64,000 nucleotides of DNA from Mobula hypostoma (lineage: Eukaryota), in assembly GCF_963921235.1 (NCBI RefSeq), contig NC_086108.1, forward strand, positions 108,750,001-108,814,000. The letters are read 5' to 3'. The notes under the pieces are model-generated. The model made no database searches and was not told the DNA's origin. It saw nothing but the letters and a program-made list of their open reading frames with translations. The position numbers and the translations under genes are program-made. Positions 51,317 through 63,127 of the stretch are shown piece by piece; within the stretch, counting starts at the first letter, position 1, and the number at the start of each line of letters is the position of its first letter.

Positions 51317-52684
51317 AGATACTGAAGGAACTCAGTAGGTCAGGCAGTTTCTATGGAAAGGAATAAAGAGTCGACGTTTCAGGCCAAGACCCTTCAGCAG
51401 GACTGGAAAGGAAGGGAGAAGATGCCAGAATAATAAGTTGGAGGGAGGGGAAGGAGGTCAAGCTAGGAGGTGATAGGTGAAGCCAGGTGGATGGGGAGGG
51501 GTGGATAAAGTAAAAGCTGGGAGATGATAGGTGGAAAATCTAAAGGGCTGAAGAAAAAGGAATCTGATAGGAAAGGAGCCGAGGTGCTCGACGAAGTAGT
51601 CCCCCGATGATGGTTCTCCGATATAGGATTTCATTTATAGTGCTACATCAGACACTAGTGATTAAGCTGGTCAGTTTTATTGATCTTTACTACACATAAA
51701 AACCTGAAGGAACTCAGCAGGTCAGGCAGCATCTATGGAGAGGAATAAAGCTTTGATGTTTCTAGCCGAGACCCTTCATCAGGACTGGTCAGGAAGGGGC
51801 CAGAAATCAGATTAAGAAGATGGAGGTAGGGGAAGGAGTACAAGCTTGATGATAGGTGAAACCAGGTCAAGGGGAAGATGAGCGGGTGGGGGAGTGGGGG
51901 ATGACGTAAGAAGCTGGAAGGTGATAGGCAGAAGAGTTAAAGGGTTGAAGAAGAAGGAATCTGATAGGAGAATGCGAGAAAGGGAATGAGGAGGAGCACC
52001 AGAGGGAGGTGATATGCAGTTGAGGAGGTGAAGGGATAAGAGGGGAACTAGGAAGGGAAATGGAAGTACAGAGAGGGGAAGGGGGGAAGAAATTACTAGA
52101 AGATGGAGATGTTGATGTTCATACCATCATGTTGGAGGCTAGCTAGACAGAATATGAGGAGTTGCTCTTCCATCCTGAGAGTGGCCTTATCATGGCAGTA
52201 GAGGAAGCCATAGAGAGATATGATTGGATGGGAATGGGGTTTGGAATAGCTGGCCACTGGGAAATCCTGCCTGTTGTTGATGGAGTTAATGTGCTCAGCA
52301 AAGCTGACCACCGATCTATGTAGTGTCTCATCGATACAGAGGAGGCCTGCACCAGGAGCACCAGATGCAGCAGATGACCCCGTCAGACTTGCAGGTGAAG
52401 TGATCCCTCAACTGAAAGGACTGTTTGGGGCCCAGAATGAAGGTGAGGAAGGAGGTGAATGGGCAGGTGTGGCACGTGTCACTTGCAAGGATAAGTGCTG
52501 GGGCAGGAGGAATCAGTGGACTAGAGAATCACAGAGAGAATGGTCCATGCAGAAAGTGGAGAGTGGGGGGTTAGGTAAAGGAGTGTTTAGTGCTAGTATC
52601 CCATTAAAATGGTGGAGGTTGTGGAGAATGGATGTGGAGGTTCATGGGGAAGAAGGTAAAGACATGAGGAACTCTACCCCTGTT

Positions 52685-53426
52685 CACCAACGTCATTATA
52701 TGCCGTGTATTAGGACATGAGTCAGGCGGTGTCTGAAAAGAGGATGCTGTCCAAGTTGCATGCCGTCTTGGACAATGTCTCCCATCCACTACATAATGTA
52801 CTGGGTGGGCACAGGAGTACATTCAGCCAGAGACTCATTCCACTGAGATGCAAAACAGAGCGTCATAGGAAGTCATTCCTGCCTGTGGCCATCAAACTTT
52901 ACAACTCCTCCCTTGGAGGGTCAGACACCCTGTGCCAATAGGCTGGTCCTGGACTTATTTCATAATTTACTGGCATAATTTACATATTACTATTTAACTA
53001 TTTATGGTTCTATTACTATTTATTATTTATGATTCAACTGTAACGAAAACCAATTTCCCCCTGGGATCAATAAAGTATGACTATGACTATGACTACAAGG
53101 TAATCATGGTCTTTCCATGACCAGATTGTTCTTGGTAAATTTTTCTACAGAAGTGGTTTGCCATTGCTTTCTCCTGTGTAGTGCCTTTACAAGACAGGTG
53201 ACCCCAGCCATTATCAATACTCTTCAGAGGTGTCAGTGGTCACTTAACTAGGACTTGAGATATGTACCAGTTGCTTATACGACCGTCCACCACCTGCTCC
53301 CATGGCTTCACATGACCCTGACTGGGGGCTAAGCAGGTGCTACACCTTGCCCGAGGGTGACCTGCAGGCTACCAGAAGGAAGGAGCGCCTCACACCTCCT
53401 TTGGTAGAGCCACCCTGCCACCCTTG
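52685..53426 (-). mobile_element. RTE-mobilised SINE-like element (family of 35667-36169), itself interrupted by Rex1
   Basis: Homology to 35810-36169; 9-bp TSD acccctgtt at 52676-84 and 53427-35. Confidence 0.75.
52724..53095 (+). mobile_element. Copy of the young (TATGAC)n Rex1 family
   Basis: ORF 52717-52941 is almost identical to the 9409-9756 C-terminus and has the same tail. Confidence 0.9.
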
Positions 53427-55083
53427 ACCCCTGTTAAGGCAGCAGAGAGATGGGAGTGGCAGATGTCCAGGAAATGGAGAAGATGCAGTTGAGGACAGAG
53501 TCTATGGTAGAGGAATTCTTTGAAGAAGGAGGCCATCACTGATGTTCTGGAAAAAAAAGCCTCATGCTGAGAATAGATGTGATGGACACCCACACTTCTG
53601 CATCTGCAGAATCTTTTATGTGTACATGGTATAACCGGTTGTCAAGGATAAACTGATATTTATAAAGATAAACTATACCAATTATCCTTAACTATTAACT
53701 GTGTTTCTTTGATGTAGAGAAGGCTGCACTATGAGCACCGTTATAGTAGATGACGAGGTACCACGCTGGGAATACAATGGATTAGTTGATTGTGGGCCAT
53801 CCTATTTGCAAGGAGAGTGCCCAGAAACACAAGGCTATTCCCTTGCGATATAAATGGAAGAATTTCGCTAGTTGTCTGTCATTTGTCTTCTTTTTGATTT
53901 AATGTAACAGCTTTCAGTTTCCAGAGTGCATCGAAACCTCATGCAGTGTCTCCTGCTGGGAATATTGAAATGGAACCTGCTGAGAGAATTATGTAGTGTG
54001 GTTGTTCTGTGAAATCAAGTTTTGGGGATGGGTGCTGCCTGTTGTCAGTTAGCATCTCGGTGTAATGTTATTTGATGTGATGAAAGCTGTACCTCAGGTT
54101 CCACAGAAAGTCATTATTAAATACAAGACACAATATACGCACGGAGATGTGCCAATTGTTCCCCGCAGAGTCGGAACACTGAAGTTGTTGCTTTCTAAGA
54201 GATTCTGACGTTCCTGTGCATAACTCTTGTTGTCAGGGGTAACTGTAAGATTCAGAAGAACGGTATGTTCCGAATATAAAATAAAAATCAAAAGCTATGA
54301 GCTGTCTCAGAGCTGCCACTTCCCGTTTCCATAGGCTGGAGACATTGTAGTGTGATTTCCAAGCGAATGTCTGACATTTCATAAAACATTAGTTGAACGT
54401 AGCAAATTGCTGGCAGCCTTAAGCTCAATGTCTCAATTTTAGTGTTAAGCTCTGAACTCACTCTGCTTCGGAGGTGCCTGAGGCAGCTGTATATCACAGC
54501 AGTGTCTTTTACAAAGTTTAGAACCTCCTGTCCCAGGCGAGGAATCTCCACCCTTCTTTTGCTCAAAATCCCAGCAGGTGTTTTGGCACAGAGGAGACTG
54601 AGCAATGTTCCTAGCAGGTGCATCCCTCCTCATCATTGGTAGCATCTACAGAAGGTACCTGGATAAGAAGACAGCAACTAACATCAAAGATTCCCATCAG
54701 ATCAAAATGACATAACACATCATCTGGGCCCAGCACACAAGCACAAATACAAAGAAGGTGTACCAGTGTGCTTATTCTCTTAGGAGGTTTCGGAGGCTCA
54801 GCTTGTCACTGAACACTCTAACAAAATTCTACAAATCTACCATTAACAGTATCCTGACTAGTTGCATCATGGTCTGGTACAGGAATTCAAATACATGGGA
54901 ACGTGGGACCCTGTGGAGAGTAGTGGACTTTGCCCAATGCATTCAGTGAACATCTCTCCCCACCATTGGTAGTAGCTACGAGCAGACAACATTTACCATC
55001 AAAGATTCCCACCATCCAGGCCGAGCTATCTTCTCATAGCTACTATTAGACAGGAGCTACATTGACTGAAATCCCTTATCACC

Positions 55084-55382
55084 GTTAGTCTTGCGAGACC
55101 ATGGATCTGCGCCTGGAAAGTCTTCACTCTCCAGGACGCAGGCCTGGGCAAGGTTGTATGGAAGACCAGCAGTTGCCCATGCTGCAAGTCTCCCCTCTCC
55201 ACGACACCAATGTTGTCCAAGGGAAGGGCATTAGGACCCATACAGCTTGGCACCAGTGTCGTCACAGAGCAATGTGTGATTAAGTGCCTTGCTCAATGAC
55301 ACAACACGTTCCCTCGGCTGGGGCTCGAACTCACGACCTTCAGGTCGCTAGTCCAGTGCCTTAACCACTTGGCCACGTGCCC
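55084..55382 (-). mobile_element. tRNA-headed SINE with well-preserved Pol III boxes
   Basis: Minus strand gggcacgTGGCCAAGTGGttaagg..GAGTTCGAGCC then gtgtcattgagcaaggcacttaa; 10-bp TSD ccttatcacc at 55074-83 and 55387-96. Confidence 0.8.
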
Positions 55383-55669
55383 ACTACCTTATCACCAGGA
55401 GTCAAGAAAAGTTACTTCCCTTCAACCATTCAGTTCTTGAACCAACTGGCACAACCTGATTACCACGGTTTAGCAACACGATGTCAACTTGATTCATTTT
55501 ACATTACAATCTACTTAGATATTTTGTTCTAATTGTGTTTTCTTGTATGATTTTTCATAACTTACAGAATGTATAATTTATATTGTTCTTGTGAATGGGT
55601 CTCCGATGTGATGTGCCTGTGATACTGCTGCAAGTATGTTTTTCACTATATCTGTGCACACATAAAATC

Positions 55670-56160
55670 ATAAGACACAGGAGCAGAAGGAGGACATTCA
55701 GCCCATGGAGACTTCTCCGCCATTCCATCATGGCTGATTTATTACCCCTCTCAATCCCATTCTCCTGCCTTCTTCCCGTAACCTTTGATACCCTGGCTAA
55801 TAAAAAGCATATCAACCTCTGCTTTAAGTACGTCCAATGACTTGGCTCCACAGCTGTATTTGACAATGAATTCCATGGATTCATCACCCTCTGACTAAAG
55901 AAATTCCTCTTCATCTCTGATCTAAATGGACAGCCCTCTAGACCTAGACTCTACCATTACAGAAAACATCCTCTCAACGTCCACTCTATCTAGTCATTTT
56001 AATATTTGATAGGTTTCAATGAGATCACCCCTCATTCTTCTAAACTTCAGTGAGTACAGGCCCAGAGTCATCAGACACTCCTCATATGTTAACCCTTTCA
56101 TTCCCACCATCATTCTCACGAACGTCCACAGGACTCTCTCGAATGTCAGCACATTTTTCT
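55670..56160 (-). mobile_element. CR1 3' end
   Basis: Minus ORF MKRNFFSQRVMNPWNSLS; homologous to 6183-7480. Confidence 0.75.
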
Positions 56161-56419
56161 CAGATACTTTTTTCTTACAGATTCTCTGCTTCAGGTGCAG
56201 AGTAGGAGAGTCTTGTGGAGGAGAGAAATTCAGATCAGAAGAACCTCAGGAATTGTTGCGTTAGTTCTGGTGGCCTGGTATTTAGCGGTTAGCATAACAT
56301 TATCATCAGGGTGTATGGGATGTTCAGGGAGGGGTAGCACCTCTGGTGAACTTCTGCAGAAAAATTTGTCAAGAACAATCACAGTCATGGAAAGACTATG
56401 ATTGGCCATTATCCAATTG

Positions 56420-57840
56420 CACTTAAATCCACAGCTTTGAGAGGTTGGTGATGAAGCATATCAACTGCTGCCTGAGAGGTGACTTGGATCCGCTCCGGTT
56501 TACCTACCGGAGCAAGAGATCCACAGCAGATGCCACCTCATTGGCTCTTCACTCAACCCTGGAACATCTGGACAGCAAAGATGCATAATATCAGGATGCT
56601 CTGTACCGACTACAGCTTGGCATTTAATACCATCATCCTCTTGAAACTAATCAATAGGCTCCAAGACCTTGGCCTCAATTCCTCCTTGCGCAATTTGATC
56701 CTGAATTTCCTCACTTGTAGACCCCAGTCATTTTGGATTGGCGATAACATCTCCTCCACGATCTCCATCAGCACAGGTGCACTGCAGGGTTGCGTTCTTA
56801 ACCCCCTGCTCGACTTGCTTTACACCTATGACTGTGTGGCTAAGCACTGCTCCAATACATTATTCAAGTTTGCTGATGACTCCACTGTTTTGGGCCAAAT
56901 CAAAGGTGGTGATGAATTGGCAGACAGGAGGGAGAATGAAAATTTGTCTGAGTGGTGTAATATCAATAACCTCTCTAACTCAATGTGAGCAAGACCAAGG
57001 AAGTGACTGTAGACTTCAGGGGAGGAAACCGGAGGTCCTAGAGCCAGTCCTCATCAGAGGATCAGAGGTGGAGAGGGTCAGCAAGTTTAAGTTTCTGGGT
57101 GTTACCATCTCAGAGGACCTGTCCTGGACCCGACACGTAAGTGCCATTATGAAGAAGGCACGGCAGCGCCTCTACTTCCTTGGGAGTCTGCGGAGATTCA
57201 GCATGACATTTAACAGTTTGATAAACTTCTATCGATGCGAAGTGGAGAGAATACTGACTGGCTGCATCACAGCCAGGTATGGAAACACCAATGCCCTTGA
57301 ATGGAAAATCATACAAAAGGTAGTGGACTCGGCCCAGTCCATCAAGAGCAAAGCCCCACAAACCATTGAGCACATCTACATGAAAAGCTATTGCAGGAAA
57401 ACAGCATCCACCACCAGAGATCCTCACCACGCAGGACATGCTCTCTTCTCACAGCTGCCATCAGGTAGAAGGCAAAGAGCCTCAGGACTCACACCACCAG
57501 TTTCAAGAACAGTTACTACCACTCAAGCATCAGACTTTTGAACAAAAGGGGTTAATTACACTCACTTACTCATCCTTTGTTTGAGATGTTCCCAAAACCA
57601 TTAATCTCACTTTAAAGATTTTTTATCTTGTTATTTCATGTTCCCATTATTTATTGTATTTATTGATATTTGCATTTGCACTTTGTTGTTTTCTGCACTC
57701 TGGCTGATCTCTTATTGATCCTGCTATAGATATGATTTTATCGATTTGCCAAGTATGCCCGCAGGAAAATAAATCTCAGGGTTGTATATGGTGACATGTA
57801 CAATATGAACTACGATAATAAACTTTACTTTGAACTTCGA
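56420..57840 (+). mobile_element. Rex1/Babar LINE RT C-terminal half, frameshifted
   Basis: ORFs 56479-56988 ([29 protein letters not shown]) and 56738-57541 (VERVSKFKFLGVTISEDLSW..KKARQRLYFL..LPSGRR). Confidence 0.9.
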
Positions 57841-58580
57841 ACATACAACCTGGCGGATAATGACAATGGCAAAGAAACACCTAAACATATAGTGTTTGCA
57901 TCAACGACTTACGCTGTCCAGAGATCTGCTGGGAGGGCAGCCCACAAGTGTCACTACGCTTCCAGTACCAACATCAGCACAATTTACTAACCTTAACCAG
58001 TACATCTTAAGAACGTGGGAGGAAACTGGAGCACCCAGAGGAAATCTGAGCATTCACGGAGACAGCATACAAACTCCTTAAAGACAGCGGTAGGAGCTGA
58101 ACCCCGACCACCATTGCTGGTGTTACGCTAACTGCTCATTTGTATGTTCTCCCCACAACCACATGGGTTTTCAACAGGTGCTGCCATTTCCTCCTGCCTC
58201 CCAAAGCCATACAGGTTAGTAGGTTCATTGGTCACATGGGTGCAATTGAGTGGCTCGGGATATTTAGGCCGGAGGGGCCTGTACCATTCTATAAGTAAAT
58301 AAGATACTATCACATTTCAAACCTCACTAACTGACTGAAAGGAACCATCATCATCCTGAGAGAGAGAGAGAGAGAAGATACTATCATTATTGGGGTTCAA
58401 TTCTGGTCACTGCAAGGAATTCTGTAATAATTATGTATTAATTAATCATTAATCATCGATAATTCATTTATCAATTATTAAATATATTAATAATGTATGT
58501 TCTAAATAAAAACATAGCTAAAGCATCAGTGTAGACTCATTGGGCTGTAGAACATGTCCACATCTTGTATAGGAGACACA

Positions 58581-58725
58581 CTTCTCCGTGGATTGTCACC
58601 TTGTCGTGGTGGAGAAGCTTGTGTGGTCCTGTGATCCCGAGAGCAATGCCGTCTGGAGCCGTGCTCCTGGTAGGGTCACCCATGGTGGTAAGGTCGAGGG
58701 TGAGGTCCCTGACAAAGAACAATCC
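58581..58725 (+). ncRNA. Candidate HDV-like self-cleaving ribozyme
   Basis: P1 CUUCUCC/GGAGAAG, P2 GGAUUGUC/GA(A)CAAUCC, P3 ACC/GGU, L3 UUGUCGU and J4/2 CAAA, in HDV topological order. Confidence 0.65.
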
Positions 58726-59003
58726 AACCAAGACCTCAATGGTGGAACAGGCGGACGAAGTTACTTCAAACTCATCGACTGTGAAGGCGGATGAAGGCTG
58801 CAACAAATCCATCAGCTCCAATCGTCGTGGTTTCCATGCCATTGGAATCAGTTGGTTGATTTGTGAAGTATTGTGTGCTTCTTGGAGTGCGACATCAAGT
58901 ACACGTTAAACAAATACACACACAGGCATCTTCGTTCTGTGGGCCACTTCTTCAGAACGAAGACCATCATCCTCGACCTCGAGGGACAGCTACGAAGACG
59001 ACG
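58581..59003 (+). mobile_element. 423-bp RTE-derived non-autonomous element, apparently full length
   Basis: RTE/Expander-like 5'UTR (caccttgtcgtggtggag..cctggtagggtcacccatgg), (GAC)n tail, perfect 10-bp TSD aggagacaca at 58571-80 and 59004-13. Confidence 0.8.
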
Positions 59004-59307
59004 AGGAGACACAAGAGAAGGATTGTCAGAATCAGGAGACGGGAAGAGGTTAGAACGTTATGGTGTAGGCCCTTTTCTCCACGATGTTGTTCTGACTTTA
59101 GTAACCTACTCTAAAATTAATCTAAACCTTCCTCCCACATAGCCCTCCATTTTTCATTCATCCATGTCCCTATCTAGGAGTCTCTTCAATGTCCTCAGTG
59201 TATCTGCCTCTACTACCACCTCTGGTAGGGCGCGCTTTACTTTTAGAGATACAGCACGCAGCAAGCCTTCCTGGGCTAGTCAGCCTCACCACCCAGCAAT
59301 CTACAGA

Positions 59308-60186
59308 TAAGATGGCGGTGCATGCAAACGCAGCGGCTTCTCAGGGGCCAAAGGCGCTTTTTTCTTAGCAAAATTTACTTTTTATGATCCAAAGACAATT
59401 CTACTCCAAGAATATCAGGTACTGCAGGACTACTCCATCAGTGACCTGCTCGTTGATCAGAGCAACTGCACAGGTGTCGGCAGCGGAACCAGCCAAGATG
59501 TCAAAGGGGTTGGCCAAGGTCAAGTTACCAGAGGAGCCGGTCGGGATATCGGAACAGCCTGCTGGGGTGTAGGAGGAGCCGATTTGGGTTCGGAGGATCA
59601 GACCTGGCTGCAGACCATGTTGCTGCATTCTAATCAGAAGTATTGGAGTTGGTGCAGCATAACCACGAGAGATTGTCTCGGACATTTCACTTTCTATCGC
59701 AAGACTCTGTTAGACAATGATAATGTAAGTTGCCACAGGCCTGTTACCCTTGTCTGGTGGGACAGCCAACATGGGAGCTGTATAGCCTCAGTTGTAGTGA
59801 GGACTAGGCCTCAAGCCTCTGCTGTAGGCCAGTAAGAGACATGAAGCGCTACAGCGTGGTTGAGCTTGGCTGGGGCCTGCTCTCATCCATCAGTGCTGCC
59901 CTCCCGTGTCCAAGTGGTGGAATGACAGGCTGGATTGTGTGCATCTGTACACTGCTGGGAGACTGTACCATTGATTGTTGGGCATTGTCGCTCAGGGCCT
60001 TGGACTATATATGTTTTTTCTTTGACTGAATATGCTTCTTTGCTCACTCTTTTGAATTATGTTACTCACTATTTTTGAATGTTTGCTTGCTATTTTGAAT
60101 ATTTTGACCCTTGGCCCCAGAGAAACACTGTCTCATTCAGCTGTATCTACATAAGATTTGAAAGATAATTAAACTTGATTTGATTT
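59308..60186 (+). mobile_element. Non-autonomous retroelement with AAGATGGCG 5' end and (TTTGA)n tail, nested in a V-SINE
   Basis: 5' aagatggcggtgc is shared with 6362-6374; the 3' end is Rex1-UTR-like; it splits a minus V-SINE (59240-60385). Confidence 0.55.
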
Positions 60187-61862
60187 GACCTTCTTAATTC
60201 TAGCTTAATTACAAGGACCTACTAACCAGTGCGTCTTTGGACTGTGGGTGGAAACCAGAGCACCTGGATGAAACCCATGTGCTCACTGGGAGAAAGTGTA
60301 AACTCCTTACAGATAAAGCCAGAATTGAACTCCAAACTCTGTGGCACTGAACTATAAGGGCATTGCACTAACCGCTACACTACCTTGGCGCCCTTCTGTG
60401 TGGGAGACGCAAGAGATTACGGCTGCTAGAACCTAGAACAATAATCAATCTGCTGACAAAACTCAGTGAGTGGAACAGCATATGGGGGAGCAATGGAGTT
60501 TTCAATATTTCAAGTTCAATTTTAATTAACATCCGACCATACATGAACATAGCCCAATGACACAATGTTCTTCCAGGGCCTAGGTGCAAAATACATATCA
60601 ACAACACATAGCACATGGCACAAATAGTAAATATGGTTACAATTTCAGAAAAAATTTACAGTCACAAAGTGAAAAAAAAATACAGTTCAAGTCCCTAAGT
60701 TGTCCGCCTTATTCTTCCACCAAACAAACACTGGATGGCAGCACCGAGTGAAAACTGGACAGCAGCACTGAGCAAACACTGGAGGAGAGCACCAAGCGAA
60801 CATTAGAGAAAGTTTGCATTGGGACACTGGGATATGTTTGCATGTCATCCAGACAGATTACTCGATACATAGGTACACTGAGGCATCCAGAGTTCTAGCC
60901 TGGAGCTCAGGGTCCCATTATCAGCTAGTCCTGCGGTCAATACTGAAGATCGAAACCTGACTGTCAATCAGAAGTCCAGAAGTCAAGGCCTGGTGGCCAA
61001 AGCCTTGGGTCTATAATTCTGAAATCTTCCGGGGAAGTTGGAGGCCAGTGCCCATGAGTCCTCTGTCCTGTCCTGGGGCTGCCTGTGTGGGTATGTAGGT
61101 AGAAGGGAGGAAAGAGGCTTGTTGTTTGATGTTTGTAACCACCTGATGAAGGGTCTCAGCCCAAAACAGCAACTGTTTATTCGTCTCCACTGATGCTGTC
61201 CGTCTTGCTGAATTCCTCCAGCATTTTGCGTACCTTGTTCTTGTTTTTGCCGTTGTTGTTTTGTTGCTTGTTGTGTTCCATTGTGGGCTTGCGATGTTGG
61301 CTTTGGAGGGTGTGGTGACACTTGTGATGTTGGCGTTGGAATGCGTGGTGACACTTGCGGGTTACCCCCCAGCACATCCTTAGGTTGTGCTGGTTGTTAA
61401 CGCAAACAATACATTTCACTGTATGGTTTGATGGACATGTGATACGTAAAACAAACTGAATCTGAAAAGAAAACAATAAGAGGATGCAAAATATATTGTA
61501 GTTATTGAGAAAGGGCAGTGCAAGTAGACAAATAACATAGAGGGACTATTGCTAAGTATATTGGGAGAACAAAACATCGTTATTGTATAAGAGGTCCATT
61601 CAAAAGTCTTATAACAGTGCAATAGAAACTATTCTTGAGTCTGGTGGTAGATGTTCTTGACTTATGAGTCTTCTGCCTGATGGGAGAAGAGGGAATGTCT
61701 GGCGTATGAGGAGTTTTTGATTAGGCTGGCTGCCTTCTTGAGGCAGTGGGAAGTGAAGACAGATCAATAAAGAACTAGTTAGTTTTCAAAATAGACCTGG
61801 CAACTACTTGCAGTCTTGAACAGAACAGTTGCCGCGCCAAGCCTTGATGTATCTAGATAACA

Positions 61863-62183
61863 TGCTTGTTTGTAGGGTTGTTTGCCGAGCTTGGAGTTTA
61901 GGTCTCCACTGCCTGAAGTCCCATATCACGGGCCAGTGGAGATCATTCAGCTATCGGGTAGGCCACAACCCAGTGGACACTAGCAGTCAGTGAAAAAGTC
62001 AGTCAATCAAAACGTTAAGTCGGAGCAATACAAATGTGAGCTCTCAGTGGAAACAACGTGCAATTGCGTACTGACGATGTCACCTCGACTGGTGACAAAA
62101 TGTTTGTGACATAACCTCCAGGCCCGACAAACAACCTTACAAACAAGCAGCCAACCCGAGCTACGTATCTCCTCTTTCATTTT
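61863..62183. mobile_element. Second PLE-like family, inverted insertion with hammerhead-like motif
   Basis: Same start (tgcttgtttgtagggttg) and end (agccaaccc.agctac..ctctttc.ttt) as 12617-12992; CUGACGA-U-GUCACC-UCGACU-GGUGAC-AAAA at 62071-62100. Confidence 0.65.
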
Positions 62184-62431
62184 GGACAGGGTGCTTTCTA
62201 TGCTTCATCTGTAAAAATGGTGAGGTTCACTGGAGATTTGCCAAATTTCCTTGGCCAACAGAGGAAATGAAATGCTGGTGTGATTGTTTTGGCCATGGAG
62301 TCTCTGTGGCTGGACTTGGGCAAGTAGTTGGTGACATTTACCCCAAGGAACATAACGCTTTCAACCATCTTCACCTTGGCACTATAGATAATAACCAACG
62401 AGATCATTAAAAGGGAATCTGGTCAGTTCTG

Positions 62432-62925
62432 GTCACCTCACTACATGAAGGATGTGGATACTATAGAGAGAGCGCAGAGGAGATTTACAAGGATGTTTCC
62501 TGGATTGGAGAGCGTACCTATGAGAATAGGATGAGTGAACTTGGCCTTTCCTCCTTGGAGTGACAGAAGATGAGAGGTGATATGATAGAGGTGTATAAGA
62601 TGTGGAAAGCCAGAGGCTTTTCCCCACAGCTGAAATGGCTAACACGAAGGAGCATAGTTTTAAGGTGCTTGTAAGGGGGGGGGGGTGTCAGAGCTAAGTT
62701 TTTCACACAGAGAGTGGTCAGTGTGTGGAATGGGCTACCAGTGACGGTGGTAGAGGCGGATACAATAGGGTTTTTTAAGAGACTCTTGGATAGGTACATG
62801 GAGTTTAGAGGGCTACGGGGTAGGGAAACTCTAGGCAATTTCTCGAGTAGGTGACATGATCGGTACAACATTGTGGGCAGAAGGGCCTGTAATGTGCTGT
62901 AGATTTCGATGATCTATGTTCTATG
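62432..62925 (+). mobile_element. CR1 3' end
   Basis: QFWSPHYMKDVDTIERAQRRFTRMFPGLE..FFTQRVVSVWNGLP and CR1 tail. Confidence 0.8.
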
Positions 62926-63048
62926 AATCAAAGGATCATAGTGTCAAACAGCCCAGAAACGGGCTCCTCAGCCAAACTGGCCCATGCCCACCAAGATTCC
63001 CATCTAACCTCGTCCTGTTTGCCTGCATTTGGCCATATCCCTCTAAAC

Positions 63049-63127
63049 CAGTGGCCTCAAACCTGTTCATGCCATGGACCACTACTATTACGCAAGAGGT
63101 TTATGGACTCCAGCTTGAAAACCCCTG
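63049..63127. mobile_element. 79-bp hAT MITE (family of 41059-41139)
   Basis: Decayed TIRs cagtggcctcaaacct / agcttgaaaacccctg; TSD ctctaaac/ttctaaac. Confidence 0.7.

Larger units (their letters stand above)
51705..53590 (-). mobile_element. Decayed PLE (RT thumb, linker and GIY-YIG region) interrupted by nested elements
   Basis: Minus-strand remnants IYSQHEAFFSRTSVMASFFKE, NRGRVPHVFTF, GPKQSFQLRDHFTCKSDGVICCIWCSWC and FAEHINSI..LRMEEQLLIFCLASLQHDGMNI; terminal repeat at 51705-51790. Confidence 0.8.

Noticed and set aside
55310..55382. tRNA-like sequence on the minus strand with good A and B boxes
   Set aside because: The anticodon and acceptor stems pair poorly, and it continues into a SINE body bounded by a 10-bp TSD. 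It is a SINE head, not a tRNA gene.
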